From NCBI GenBank assembly GCA_013265495.1, contig MU059000.1:2088118-2152117 (forward strand): a stretch of DNA of 64,000 bases, given 5' to 3'. The notes under the pieces are model-generated. The model saw only the letters and a program-made list of their open reading frames with translations. It was not told the origin of the DNA and did not search any database. The stretch is from Vicugna vicugna. Taxonomy: Eukaryota. This document shows positions 46,697 through 59,974 of the stretch, one piece after another (the first letter of the stretch is position 1; each line of letters starts with the position of its first letter). Position numbers and translations under genes: made by a program.

Positions 46697-48089
46697 TGAA
46701 TTCCAATTAGTTTGCCAAAGGGAGGGAACCTAACATATACTAAGAATTTTGTTCAAGGTTTACATATGGATGGATGGATAGACGGACGGACGGATGGACG
46801 GACAGGTAGATAGACAGATAAGACTCTTCATCTCCCTGTGAGATAAGAAGGATCTAGAGATGGAGGGCTGAGGTTCAGATGGGAGCCAGCTGCCATGACG
46901 GGACAGGAAGCGGGGTACCCACAGTGACGATTATTACTATTAAGCTGTTATTAAGAATCAACAAGTCTGGACTGAAAGTCTGGACTCTGCAGACTCTGTC
47001 CTGGGTCCAGCGTGCTCAGTCATGAACCAGGGAGGTGAGGCTGGCCGCCTGGAGAGGGCAGTGTGCAGAGGGACGCAGGTAAGGGCAATGATGACAGTCC
47101 AGCGGGCTCGGCTGCAGGCAGGCACCTGCCCAGGAGCGCGGCCGCCGGAGGCACCAGGAAGACACCTCAGCCCGACCCAGGGCATCAGGAGAAGCACCTG
47201 GGGAAAGTGACATCTTAGTTCCCCAGGCGGCAGGGGCGGGTAACGTGTGCTCAGGGACGAGGTCAAACCACCGATCGCCTCAGCGAAAACCAGGGGCGGG
47301 TTCCACGCTCCCTTTTCTAATTGGAGGCTTCATATCACAGGAGAAAGTGCTCCCGGGGACCCAGACAACAAGCCTGCCATCCTTCCCCGGTGCCCCCTGG
47401 AGGAGAGAGCTCGAGAGCCGTCGGAGGGCTTCCTGATCTCCGGCACCTCCTTCGGTGCTCGAAGGTCTCCTCCAACCACTCCTGGGGTCAAGTCCCAAGT
47501 TTTCAAGAGGCAGGCAGACTGACCCCTGGCAGGCTTCCACACTGGACGCATCACGCTGCCAGTGCACCCAGTGCCCCTGGGGAGAGCACTCACAGCTGCT
47601 GAGGCCTCCATCACCGCGTGTGTGTGAAAAGGCAGGCGACGCCAGCGGCACGACGTCCCGGCCAGCTGGCAGGCCTGGGGGCCCCAGCTCAGCCTGAAGA
47701 TTGAGTCCCATCTTGGTTTTCAGAACGACTGCCTGAGGGGCGGTCCTGTCGTACCGGCCACCGGCGGAGCAGCACGCCTCGCCCCACAGGATGGCGGAGC
47801 GTGGCTTGGGGAGAAGGGGGAGACATCGGGTGACCCCAGCAGGGTGGGCTTGGTTTTGCATGGGGGCCCTCCCTGCTGCTCCTGATGGATTTCTCTGTCA
47901 GGTTAAGGTGCCCGGTGATCAGCGGCGGTCAGAGTCACCGGGAGGAGAACAGGACCCAGCGGCCTTCAACCTGAGTCTCTCACAACAGCGCAAAGAAGCC
48001 ACCCCAGGGCGTCTCCCCTTCTGAGAAAGGCTCCCAGAGGGTGGCCAAGGTCCCTCACACGTCCTGAGGTCCACAGCCTTCCCTCCCCG

Positions 48090-48430
48090 GGTGCCCGCCC
48101 CCACCACAAAATCAGCACAGCCCATTCACCATGGGGCCAAATATTCCCGCAGCCACAAGACCTTCCTCTGGAAGAGCCCAGGGCAAAAGGGAAAAGGGCA
48201 CGTCCATCAGGCGTCCAGAGAACGCACGCGTGGCCGCTGCAGCCGCCGGGACGGCATGCCCGGGACGGGCGCTCCCGCCGCAGGCGCGCGTTTACTTCCT
48301 CCCGGTTCCCGAGGCCGCGAAGTCCAGGGCCTTGGCTTCTGGCGAGGGCTCCCTCCCGGGCGTGCACACAGACGCACCTGCTGGGTGTCTTTCCAGGCCG
48401 CTCCTCTGTGCTCGCGCAGAGAGGGCGTCA
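48090..48430. promoter_or_regulatory. CpG-rich patch within GC-rich domain
   Basis: Dense CpG (CGCACGCGTGGCCGC...GGCGCGCG); the background here is also GC-rich. Confidence 0.35.
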
Positions 48431-48459
48431 GAGGCACAGGGGGTCTCTGGTGTCTCCCT

Positions 48460-48560
48460 TTTTTAAAAAAAAGTTTATTCAAGTGTAGTTGACTGACAAC
48501 GTTAGCTCAGGTGCAGAGCAGTGCTTCAGTTGCACGTACACATCTACATTTTTCCTTTTC
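48460..48560 (-). mobile_element. Short L1 3'-end fragment
   Basis: TTTATTCAAGTGTAGTTGACTGACAACGTTAG...CAGTGCTTCAGTTGCACG. Confidence 0.7.
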
Positions 48561-48712
48561 AGAACTTCTCGTCCTGTCAGATTAGGACCCACCCTTATTA
48601 ACTCATTCAGCCTTAACCAACTCCCTCAAGGCCAGATCTAAAAATACAGTCGCCCCGGGGGTCAGAACTTCCACACAGGGGCTTGAGAGGGTGGGCCCAT
48701 AAAGCCCTCACT
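48560..48712. mobile_element. MLT1-like fragment
   Basis: GATTAGGACCCACCCTTATTAACTCATTCAGCCTTAACC...AAATACAGTC. Confidence 0.65.
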
Positions 48713-50334
48713 CCCGACACGGGCCGCCCGGAGGACCCGGTAAGCGGTGTCCTCAACCACGGGGAGCTTGCCTTCGCGGTCGAGGGCCGTGCTCGTCCCA
48801 CAGGAGAATCCAGGTGGCCGAACCAGAAGCAAGTTTAAGTCTCCCGTTAGCTGGGCGCCCGCAAAGGGCGTCCACCTGGCCAGCCGACCACTGCCCTCGG
48901 GTAAAGGAACGGAGCATCGCACCCGGTTTTCGTAAGGGAGGACCCCACATTCTCAGGACAGGCCCACATCCCAGCTGGGAGACAGTCCCTCAGGCGGTCT
49001 CTCTGCACCCCAGTGAGCTAAGCCACGGGCTCTCTCTGTTTCCGACTCTCTCCCCAGGTGTGTCCAGCCCCCAGCCGTGGGGGGAGACAGCGTCCTGCTC
49101 CAGCTCCGAGGGCAGCCGTGCTAACTTCCCAGTGTAATGGCGCTTCCCTCCAGCCCCGACCTCGTCCGTTACAGATTTGGGCTCCTTCAACTTGGGGTTC
49201 CTGGCATGGATGCAACCCACGGCACGTGCCTCTTTCCCCGGCCCCTCACCATGCTGCTCGGTGGTTCCGGGACTCTGATGGCCCTACTGCCATGAGTGGC
49301 CATCCTTGGTCTCTGACCAGGGGTCTCGTGTCTTCTGCCAGCATCGCTGAAACCATGGAGGCCAAGTGCTCAGTTTGCAAGTAGGAGACACCCTTTCACA
49401 GATGATGACAATTGCCGCCCCCCCCCCTTTTTGTCCTGATTGTGGCCCAGGAAGCTGCTGAGAGAAGACACTTCCTTCCTGGGGACGGCCAATCCAGTGC
49501 CCACACCACCTCCCCCAGGTGTGGGGCAGGAAAAGGGGAGCGAGCAGAGTCAGAAATGCTCTCCGTGCACTTTGGAGGAGGCGGTGTCAGGCTCCAGCCG
49601 CACACGGTGCCTGTGAGCAGCCAGGACGCGAAGCTCCATCAGAACATTTGCCTGTCAGGTGCCTGTGGCTCACCATTGTCATGATGCAAATGGTCCAGAA
49701 AGACAAACACAGACATGGGTCACTGTCACGGCCGCGGTGCACGGCAGAGGCCAGCTGCTCAGCACAGAACAACATCGCAACCTGAAATCGGGGCAACGGC
49801 GCCAACAGCCCTGACAGGGTGGAGGGTGCAGCGTGGTCCGTCCGCCCCCAGCTGTCCAGGGCCACGTCCGCGTGACGTGCTCCCCGCTCTGGGAGGACGG
49901 TTGAAGGCTGGGGGACTACAGGGTGCTTCCGGAAAAGGTCCGCAAGGCCGACAGGGAGTCTTGGCACCAAAGTGGCCTGTGGGGGGCGGCATCCCAGGAA
50001 CGGGCCTTCGGAGCCCTGGCGGTGCGTCCCTGCGCGGTCGGAGATGGGGGCTCGGCTCAGCCCGCAGAACCGCGTCCAGCCACACTCTCCGCACACAGGA
50101 AGCCCTCGAGGCGCGTCCTCGGGCCCTCACGACCAGCTGTGTTAACAGAAAGGGTTCCCTGATGAACCAAGATGAGGAACAAAGGGACCAAGACTCTGAA
50201 GCAGAAAAATGGAACAGCAGATACAGCACATTCAGCGTCCACGGGTGTGTCAGCGTGGAAGAGGGAAAGGACCAGACGGGGCGCCAGCAGCGTCAAATCT
50301 GTCACGTGTGAATATTTACTTTAAAAAGAGTTTA

Positions 50335-50555
50335 TGAGCACACACAGTACTGTATACAAGACAGATGAACAACAAGGTCCTACTGTGCAGCACAGGGAAC
50401 TGTGTTCAGTATCTTGTAGTGATCCACAATGAGAAAGAATATGAAACAGAATATGCGTATGTGTACACGTGACTGGGACACTGCTGTGCACCAGAAATCG
50501 ACACATTGCAACTGACTGCACTTCAATTAACAAATAGAAAGAACGGAAAAAAAGA
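50335..50555 (+). mobile_element. Cetartiodactyl-type L1 3' UTR fragment
   Basis: AACAACAAGGTCCTACTGTGCAGCACAGGGAACTG...CACCAGAAATCGACACATTGCAACTGAC. Confidence 0.88.
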
Positions 50556-50914
50556 AAACTGAATCCAAAAAACAGCGTCTGGGAGGAACACAAACTGATA
50601 TTTTAAGCTCTGCAGAGAAAGCTGTGTTAACCTGTCCGTGAGCTCTTTCAGTCTGAGAGAGCATGTTTTTCTTTTCTCCATAACAAAAAAAAAACAGCCT
50701 GAGTGTCTTCTTTTGGTCTTTTCTGTTGGTGGGACTCAGACAAGTTGGAGGAGGGAGGAGGGAAGCCCCCTCCCCTCCCACAGCCCAGCAGGAAAAGGCC
50801 TCCCTGTGGGGGCTGGGGTCAGGACATGGGGGGAGGGGAGAGGAGGTATGGGGTGCAGCAGACCCAGAGCATGAACCTACATCATCACGTCTTATCAGCC
50901 ACCTACCTACATGT

Positions 50915-52560
50915 CAATTATTTTAAAGACTAATTGAGATACAATTTACCCCCATGTGAAAATTCACCCGTGTGAAATATACAATGCCGCGGCCTCAGTG
51001 TCTCCGCAGGGCGGTCTGCCATCACCACGGGCGGAGTTTAGGATGACCACATCACCCCAGATACCAAAACCCGTTAGCAGTCATTCCTCCAGCTTCGCCC
51101 CGACTCCAGCCGCAGGAAGATCACTCCCCCACTGCTGTCTCTCCAGGTCTGCCTGTTCTGGACATTCCTCGCCAGTCGTCCCACGCAGGATGTGGCCTTG
51201 GTGCCTGGCCTCTGCCATCTAGCGCAGCGTCCCCGTGGTTCATCCACAGTGTGGCGTGTATCAGTATGTCATTCTGTTTTATGGCCAAATAACATCCATC
51301 GTCCACCACGTTTGGAGACATCGCTTGTTGTGTGTCCGTTCACTGATGAGCGGACGTGCGGGTGGTTTCCATGTGCGGGCTATTATGAGTAACACTGCTG
51401 TGAACATTTGTGTGCAAGTTTACGTGTGGACATATGTCGTCAATTTCCTCAGGCATATACCGAGGCGTAGACGTATGGCAACCCTTTGTTTAACATTTTA
51501 CGGAACTGCCAAACTGCTTTTCATGCCATTTTACATTCCCACAAGCAATCTAGAAGGGTCCCAACCTCTCCATCTCTCGGCCAATATACTTGTTTCATTG
51601 TCTCTTTGATTATAGTCATCCCAGTGGGTTTGAACTGGAATTTCTTTGTGGTGTTGATTTGAATTTCCCTCACGGAATGCCAGTGACACTGAGCATCTTT
51701 CCATGCGCTCGTTGACCACTTGTACATCTCCTCTGAGACGTGTCTCTTCAAATCCTTTGCCCATTTTGAAAATTCTGTTACTTGTCTCTTTGTTGACTTG
51801 GAAGAGTTCTTTATGTATTCTGGATACCAATTTCTCATCAGATATATGATTTCTAAATGTCTCCTCCCGTTCTGGGGCTGTCCTTTCGCTTTCCGGATGT
51901 ATCACCTGCAGCACAGAAAGTTTATATTTTGATATAGTCAAATTTATCTGTATTTTTTCTTTGATTGCTTATGTTTTTGGTGTCATAGCTAAACAAATCT
52001 AAGGTCCCAGAAATTTACTCTTTTTTTAATTTTTTTTTTATTTCGTTGAAGTGTAGTCAGCTTACAACGTGTTAACTTCTGGTGATGAGCACGGTGATTC
52101 AGTTACACATCACACATTCTCCTCTTCATGTTCCTTTTCATCGTGGGCCATTACGGGGTATTGAATATCCTCCTCTGTGCTGTGCAGTAGGACCTGGTTG
52201 TCTATTTTGTAGGCAGTAGTTTGTACGTGCAAACCCCGAACTCCCAGTTTATACTCTAGAACTGTATTCGGACGTTCTGCTCTAGAAGGGGAACGGCTTC
52301 AGCTCTGACACTCGGGCCTGTGCTGCCGCTGGCGCCCCTTTGCGTGTGAGGCAGGGGCTCCGCTCCCCCTCCTGCGCGGACGCCCGGTCTTCCCACGCCA
52401 TTTGTTGAAAAGACTCTTCTTCCCCTCTCGAACTCTGTGTCAACTTTAAGCACAAATGACTCTGTTTCTCTCTGACCACCTCCTGAACGGAGGACAGCTG
52501 GCTCGAGAGCCCAGTCCGCTCACATTCCAGAACTGCTAGTACCTGGCACGTTGCGAGACA
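50915..52560 (-). mobile_element. Old L1MB-like element, strongly GC-shifted, interrupted by a younger L1 tail
   Basis: TTGAGATACAATTTAC...AAAATTCACCC..., GGAACTGCCAAACTG, CCATTTGTTGAAAAGACT. Minus-strand ORF fragments read like ORF2 (IRNWYPEYIK). Confidence 0.85.
52021..52253 (-). mobile_element. Cetartiodactyl-type L1 3' UTR fragment nested in L1MB
   Basis: Poly(T) followed by TTGAAGTGTAGTCAGCTTACAAC...GTGCTGTGCAGTAGGACC...CTCCCAGTTTAT. Confidence 0.85.
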
Positions 52561-55122
52561 AACTTCCAAACACATTTGTCAGCTAAACAAATACGAGAAG
52601 CCTACTTAACCTTGCTGAACTACCTAAGAACTTGGACCACTTCTCTTCGCTATAAATACTTGGTGCCACGAAGGAGGCTACTGGTTTCTATTGAAACTCG
52701 ATCCCGGAGTATTTGTCTGGGAAGCGGGGGGGACTGATTTTCCTGTTTTAACCATGACCTCTCCCAATAAATGCATTTATTAATTTCCATGAATTGTTGT
52801 GGCTGCGAGGAGGTGCATACAGCCACCCGCGGTGGCTAGAAAACGCGGCTGCCAGCGACGGCCACAGGGACAGTGGAGCCGCTCTCCCCGACGCCATCGT
52901 GGCCTTGGACCCTACAGTTGTGCCGTGACTCGGCCTTCCACCTTACTGCAGAGAGAAGGATGGGAACACTTAACTGGTCCGGGCCAGTCCCATGGCAGCA
53001 CTTCCAAAGCATCACGTGAAGGTTTTGTCTTCAAGGTAGACCAACTGTCACTTGACCCACTGAAGGCCCTCGAACCGTATCATAGAGAATATTAAAGATT
53101 TCCTGCAAAGCCCACACATTTCTGTGTCCATGGGGCTCTAGAAAATCTTTTGCAGTGGGCTTCACAGAGCCCAGAAGCAACCTCAAATGAGGGCTTGTTA
53201 TTATTTTAGAGAAGTCAGTCTCTCTTCAGCCTCACGGTCCGTTCAGGCTGGCATCGCCCATGCTAATATGGGTACCACAGTCAGAGCCACGGACGTTCCA
53301 GGAAAAGGACCGTGGGATGGGCACAGGCTGAAGTCCTGGGCGGGACCCAGAGACACGTGGTTCAGGCTCTTCCTCCCTCAGCACAACAGCCACCATCTGC
53401 TTCTCCCCAAAAAGGGACGTGGAAAGGCCTGAGCCCCAGGGTCTGACCTGGAAGAGCCCTTCGAGACTCCGGACTCTCCTTCATGTCAGCTGAGACCCCT
53501 GAGGCCCCGAGAGTTCAGGGACGTGGGCGGTGTCACACAGGGAACTGAGGTTTTGGAGGAAGATTGTAAGGTACTGGGGGCATGTTAACGTTCTGAGTCA
53601 CAAACCACTGCTGTCAGAGTTTTCCACTCAAAATCTGGTGCTGCAAACCTGTCGTGGTCCTACTCAAACTTTTAAGCTGAGATTTGGACAACTGACATCA
53701 AGTGTTAGGTAACTGATGGCGGGGGGGCAGGGAGGGCAGCTACTACGGCCTCAAAGAAACCAAACCTAAATAAAATTCCCCACTACCTCACTGGGACACA
53801 AAAGACATCCTCTCGTACCCTTTTCTCTGCATTAAATGTGTGACAATGCGAGGGCAGTTGACCTTTGTTCCTTGCATTATTTTGAGATTGTTCAAAGAGC
53901 CTCCAGTTTGCGTTTCCCAGGGCCCAGGTGCTGGCCACCCCGAACCCGGGGCCCCGGCCTCACTGTCCAGTTCGGTAATTATTCTCTCTCTCTCTGCAGC
54001 TGCACCCGGAAGAGGGCTTTTGTGGACCACCAGGAATTTCCTGTGATAGAATGTCAGAAAGCTGCTGGAGACGCGGAGGAGGTGACTTCACAGGGCAAAA
54101 GTTCCCTTTCTACAATAAACATTCTCCGTGTGGCCACGTCGGAGACTTCCTACACAGACCCCACACCTACGAGCCACTTGTCATCCTGACACCAAGGAGC
54201 CAGAGAAAGAAACAGGACCATGGCTAAGAGACGATCTTTTGGGAAAGCAAACTTGCCTACGAGTTCCGAGGACATTAACGTCATAAAAACCAGGGAAGGA
54301 AAAGCTTGCCTAAAAAGCAGTTTAAGAGGACACGGGGGCTTTATAAAGCAAACTGCCTTGCCGTTCGCAGCTCCTAAGCAAAGGATGGAGGCTGTCAAAT
54401 GATGCTTTACGGGGCCCCTCGCTGGCACGCGGACCCCTGGGAGCGCTAGGGGAGTAGCTGTGGCCGCAGCCCCCGAGGCTTTGTCTCTCCAGCAGCGGTC
54501 CCATCCCGAGGAAGAAGCCAGGGCTGCTGGGGGATAGGCCTTCAGGGCTGCTGTACGTGGAAGACGTGCCCCATCCTCCCTGAATCAGGGGACAGTGGTC
54601 CGGGGAGGGAGCCGGCACCCTGGCTGCAGCATCCTCAGTGCACCCAGACACCCGCAGCCGGAGGCGGCGCCCGGGCCGGGGCTTGACGCTCTCTTCTCTC
54701 TTTCCTCCGCTCTCTGTGCTGTAACTTTGCCTTCGTGTCTTAATAGAAAATAGATTTTCACCTGCAAATTCTCATTCTTGGAAGCTGCTCATACCGTCAC
54801 TGGGAAATTAGAAGACCTGTGCCGGAGTGACTGGCTCGCTAGCCTGAGGGAGGGCGGGCCCCTCGAAAGCTGGGGATCAGCGCCGGCCCTTCTGAGGGTC
54901 TTGAAAACAAGCCACGTGCCTAGCAAGGACCCCAGGAGCACACTGCCTGCCCCTCCCCCAGCTCCCAGCTCCCACCCGCCTCCCGTGCTGTTTCCAGGGG
55001 TTAATGCTCCCCATTCAGACCTTCATCCCCTCGGCAGCTAGTCTACCCCTCTCCTCGCAAACCAGGACCTAGCGGGGGGGACCAGGTTTGTGTTTTCCTA
55101 GGCTCCGTGGGTCCTCTCTCTG

Positions 55123-55123
<1 letters not shown>

Positions 55124-55164
<41 letters not shown>
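55124..55164 (+). repeat. (CA)20 microsatellite
   Basis: Read directly from the sequence. Confidence 0.97.
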
Positions 55165-55168
<4 letters not shown>

Positions 55169-56984
55169 GACACCGAGAGTCCTCACCGTCCCTCTGTAAG
55201 GTGACAGCGGCTGGGTGAGCTGCAGGTGAGTGGGCAGCTGTCCTCACCTGTCCTGAGCACCCCCGGCCCCCTCCCCTAAGGTCAGGTGGAGAGCCAGCGG
55301 GACCGGACCCCGGCAGCAACCTCTTACTTGAATCTGCAGCACAACCCTCTCTTCGCAGGGCGGATGGATCTCCGTTCTCCTGAAGGTCCCCGAGTGTCAG
55401 AGGAGAGCTCCAGCCACATCCTTCTTTCCTCTTCTTTCTACACGAATTGGAATTACAGGCAGGACGTTGGAACAACATGTTGCCCCTTTCCTGGGACAAA
55501 ATACAGTTTGCCTTGGACGTCCGTCCCAGTGTCTCCACCTGAGGATTCGACGGTGGCTCCTTTCAAGACCCCTGTGTGGGCGAGCCGGGCCCCCTGCCCC
55601 CACTCCAGGGCACTCGGGCAGCCTGCCGCGGTCTGCAGTGGGGCACGTCCACCTGGGGCTAGGAAAAGGAGGTAGCAGGCCCCGGACAGGAGGGAATGCC
55701 AGATCCCAACCTTATCCAAACAGCAGCTACACCTTCAGAGATGTCTCAGAGCCAGGCCCCTCGGTCAGGTAGCCCCCCAGCGCCCTCCCAGCCCCCGCAG
55801 CACCATCCCTGCAGGGAACAAAGCGCACATCGTGCAGCTTGGGTAACAGGGGACAAGGCACACCTGTCTCCCCACTCCTCGGGAGCCACTCTTGGTGGCA
55901 GCTTTGTCCTGACACAAGAGCTTTCTGCCGCTGGGGCCCCACACAGAGCTGCTGCCCCGTGTTCTTGCTGCTCCCCGCCTTTCTGTCCCCAGGATGCCTG
56001 GGTCAACCTGGACTCTCATCCGCTGTTCATGGTCCTCCTCGCCGATCTCCTATCATGGGGGTGGACCACTGCAAACTAACATTTACAAACACACGTGTTT
56101 GGGTATAACCGATCAGCACTGACGTCTTCTCTATAGAACATTCAGGAAGGACACATACAATGGGACACAGACAGAGACCCAGGCCTGGGGGAGGGACCAG
56201 GAACTGGAGTGAAGTCATCCGGGTCCCGTGCAGACGGCCCCTCCCTGCGGGGACGGAGCACAGGTGCGTCACCTCCCCAGACCTCAGCCCGCTCCCGCAT
56301 CTGTACACCAGCAGCATGTGGTCAGAGGGCCTCTGAGGCCCTCAGGCTCTAAAACTTCAGGTCAGTAATATGGTTTCTGAGTGCTTACCTGGTAGCAGGC
56401 ATGAAACGGCGCAGACCCCTACCCCAGTGAACGGAGCCTAACAGGGAAGGCAGATAATCAAATGAATAATTCTAAACAATAAACTTACAAGTGTCTAAAT
56501 CACTACAAGGGAAGCGCAGCTTGCTCTCGGGCGAATGATCAGTCTGGGGACCGTGACAGCATGAATTTTCGCAACTACCCAGCAGACCTCGCTTGTTTAG
56601 GGAAAACACGCGCAGGTGAAGGAAACGTGCAGAAAGCACAGGCTGTGTCTCAGCGGGAATGCGGGAGCCCGAAGGCATCGCCACGAGGGCGGACCTTGAA
56701 GGAAAGACAAAAGCAAAGGAGCCCCGGAGCTCGGTCGTCCGGAGGAACTGACAGCCGCTGTCATTTCACAGCATCTCTGTCAGCCGAGAAGCTGGCCCAG
56801 GCGGGTTCCAGCAGAAAAGTGCACCGAGCTGCTCAGGCTCCCCGGAGAACTGGGCTCAGACGACAGGCAGGAACCAAGGCCAGCGGGCGGGGGGCGGCGA
56901 GGCCCACCCCGGCACACCCCCCCGGCACACACCCCGCAGCACAGGGACGGCCCTGGGCGGCCTGTTTGACCCAAGTCTTCCCAC

Positions 56985-57050
56985 CACCAGCTGTGCAACC
57001 TGAGCACACTGTTAAACCTCTCTGTGCCTCCATTCCTCATCTGTAAAATT
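56985..57050. mobile_element. MIR core fragment
   Basis: GCTGTGCAACCTGAGCACACTGTTAAACCTCTCTGTGCCTCCATTCCTCATCTGTAAAAT. Confidence 0.75.
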
Positions 57051-59974
57051 AACCTAAAAACAAATTTCAACACGTCTAAAACGTCAGCTGTGAGATGCGC
57101 TGCTATTTGATGAGCCACTAAGGAGAGGAAACACACGCACACAAGGCCAGTTAAATTACGACACAGAACCTTCTCATCACTTCAGGTTTTTTATTTTATA
57201 TCTCCTAAAAGCGCCTTCTTCGACCTACGGAGATACAGGTTTTTGCCACGTCACTCCGTCATAAACATAAAAAGGAAAAATCAACTCGCTGGGATGCTTC
57301 CAGGCCTTTCCCAGTTAAGAGCACAGCTCTCCTCCCAAGTGGCCCGTTGGCCGGGCCGTGGCCATCCACGTCCCAGGCCACCACGGCCACCCACAGCATT
57401 TCTGCAAAGCTGGCGCCACCGTCTTCCCCTGGACTTGCGTCCAGCCTCAGACACCCCTCCTCCAAGGTTTGTTTTCTTGCTGCCACTTCCTTGACGCCAC
57501 CGGAGGTGTCCAGCTTTCAGAGCTCGGCCACGGTCCTTTCCATGGCATCCTCAACCGCCTGTCTCTGGAGACAGCGAGGCCTTGCGCATCCTCCACACCA
57601 CTGGGAAGACAGGGAGGCGCGAGGACCACAGGGGTGGGGACTGCGGCTGGCAGAGCCCCGTGCTGGCCCAGCGTCCAGATGCCAGGGCGGCGGGGCCTCA
57701 GAGCCCTGTGGAAGGCGGTCCTGCTGGCCCCCAGCTGAGGGTCGTGAGGTCACTTCTATAGGGAGCCGAGGGCCGGTACGTTGTCAGCACTCGGTATGCT
57801 TTGGTTGTTTTCTGCTTTTAAGAAATACTTATTTCTTAATATTATTACTTCGTATTATTACTTATTATGAGAGTTTTACAAAGACAAGCCTTTCCATCTG
57901 AGTTTTGCAGACTGAGCAGGGTGCCTGGAAGACAAGCTGAAATGCGCTAAACTCCTGACCGCTCCCCCATTTCTCCCGTCCCACAGACATCTGGAATTGG
58001 GGTGGGGGCGATCAGGAGAGGGACAGGTAAGTGAGCCGGTTTTCTGCAGCTCTGAGGGACAGCCGCAAGGCCACTCTCCCCTGGATGGAGTTAAACGTAC
58101 AGAACCAGGGGCCAGCACTCAGACCCACGCGGAGAAGTCCCAGCAAGCGAGGGACGGGCCTTGTGGTTCGGTGCAAGCGCGCCGGCCACTCTTCCCCTCG
58201 TTTTTCCATCTCTGGTTACTGAAGCTTAGCTTGCTGATGCGTCCTTGGGAGCCCGTGACAGCCTCGTTGGTCTTCTTTCGTGTGACAGCAGGACTTGGAA
58301 CACTGGATTCTATTTCCGACCTGACAGCTCACACACCTTGGCGGGAGGTGGGAAAGGCTCTCCCCGGGGAGAAGCCATCAGAAGAGGGAGTGGACCAAGG
58401 CCAGGACACCCTCTCCCGGTCCCCAGTGTGAGTGACCAGCGGGCGGGCGGGCGTGGAGTGGCTGATGGGTTGCTCCGTCCAACTGGAAAAGCCTTTATTT
58501 CACAGTTCTCTTCAGAACGTCTAAGACCTTTCAGCCCTGAATCACCCTCGGTCCCTCTCCCTCGCATTCGCTTTTGGAGCAATTTGGTATTTCTAAGGGA
58601 AACGTCTGAAGAATACTTTGAACTCTTCACTTGACAAGTCATTGGCTGAAGGGACCAAAGTTCTGCTCTGTGGTTTTTGGTGGGAAATGAGAACAAGCGG
58701 CCGAGGCCTGGGTGGCAGGTGCGCAGGAGAGGAGGCTGGTCAGATGCTGGCTCCTGGCTGCAAGGGCCGCCCGGGCGGACGGGCCTCTGGCGCTTTGGGC
58801 CCAGAAGTCTGAGTATGTTTTGTTTTGGCCAGTCGGTCAAGCTGCGCACGCAAAGCCTGGGCAGAGAGAGGGTCTCAGCAAGGAGGCCGAGCGCGCCCGG
58901 CTCCGCACACGCTCACCGACGCCGGATGCTATGATTTCTCTCTCGTCGGTGAGGCTGTGCAGGCCTCGCACGCTTATGAACTGCTTCCCAGAATTCCTCG
59001 TTTCTCTTTCAGATGGTTTTATCCATCCACAGCCATTTATTTGCATCTTCCAACAGCAGCTCAAGAGGTGACTATCCACGCGGGCAGAAGGCAGGCCAGG
59101 AGTGATAGAAAAAGTGCCCTCACTTCTCCAGGGCAGTCGGGCCCCACGCAAGCTGGGAACCTCTCTCCAGGAAGCCTGCTCCTGGAACCTGGAAGCGGAG
59201 AAGACAGAAGTGCCCCAAGGAGCTGCTCCAGCGCCCCACCCTCCCCAGCTGGCAGCAGCTGCGAGGCCAGGGTGCCAGGCAAGCAGCCATTCCAAGCTCC
59301 CTCTCTGTCACTGGCCCAGCCGTGGCGGGTGAGCCTGTGGTCTCAAGTTATAGGTTTCTTTGTTTGCTCTAAAGAAAAGAAGCAGGGAGTTCATTTTGAC
59401 CAGTAACCTTGACTAGGAGTCTTGGATGGTGAGGTTTAATGGGTTAAATGTTTATGGTTTATTCATGTCATTATAAAATGACGCCATCCTTGTTTTTACA
59501 TTTTTTCACATTTCTTTAATAGGTGTACTTCCTGAAATAAACCACACACACCCCTGTATTTTAATGCAAAAGTTATTCAATTTAACATACCTATTTTTTA
59601 TTGTAGCGCCAACTCAACCTACTATACAAATGTCATTTCATTCTCAAATAGCTACCTGGACTTTTAGAACAATCATTGTCTCAGTCTTTCTAAAATGGTT
59701 TAGGCCTTAATAGAGAAATTTTAAAACATTCCTCCTCCGCAATCATTCATCAAATACAATTTGTATATCGTTCAAAATATTTTTGTATTGCCTTTGTCTA
59801 CTCTTCTTTTAAAGAGCGAAATGTTATTCCGATGGAGGAAAAAAGTTTAATCACAAAAAAACGACTTACAGCAATGGTTCTAAAGTCACCCTTAGAAGTG
59901 TAAGAAATTTGAGGAAATGGCGCCCTCTCGTGCTATAGGTGAGGTACTGCAATATTCAAGCTTTATGACTTCTT

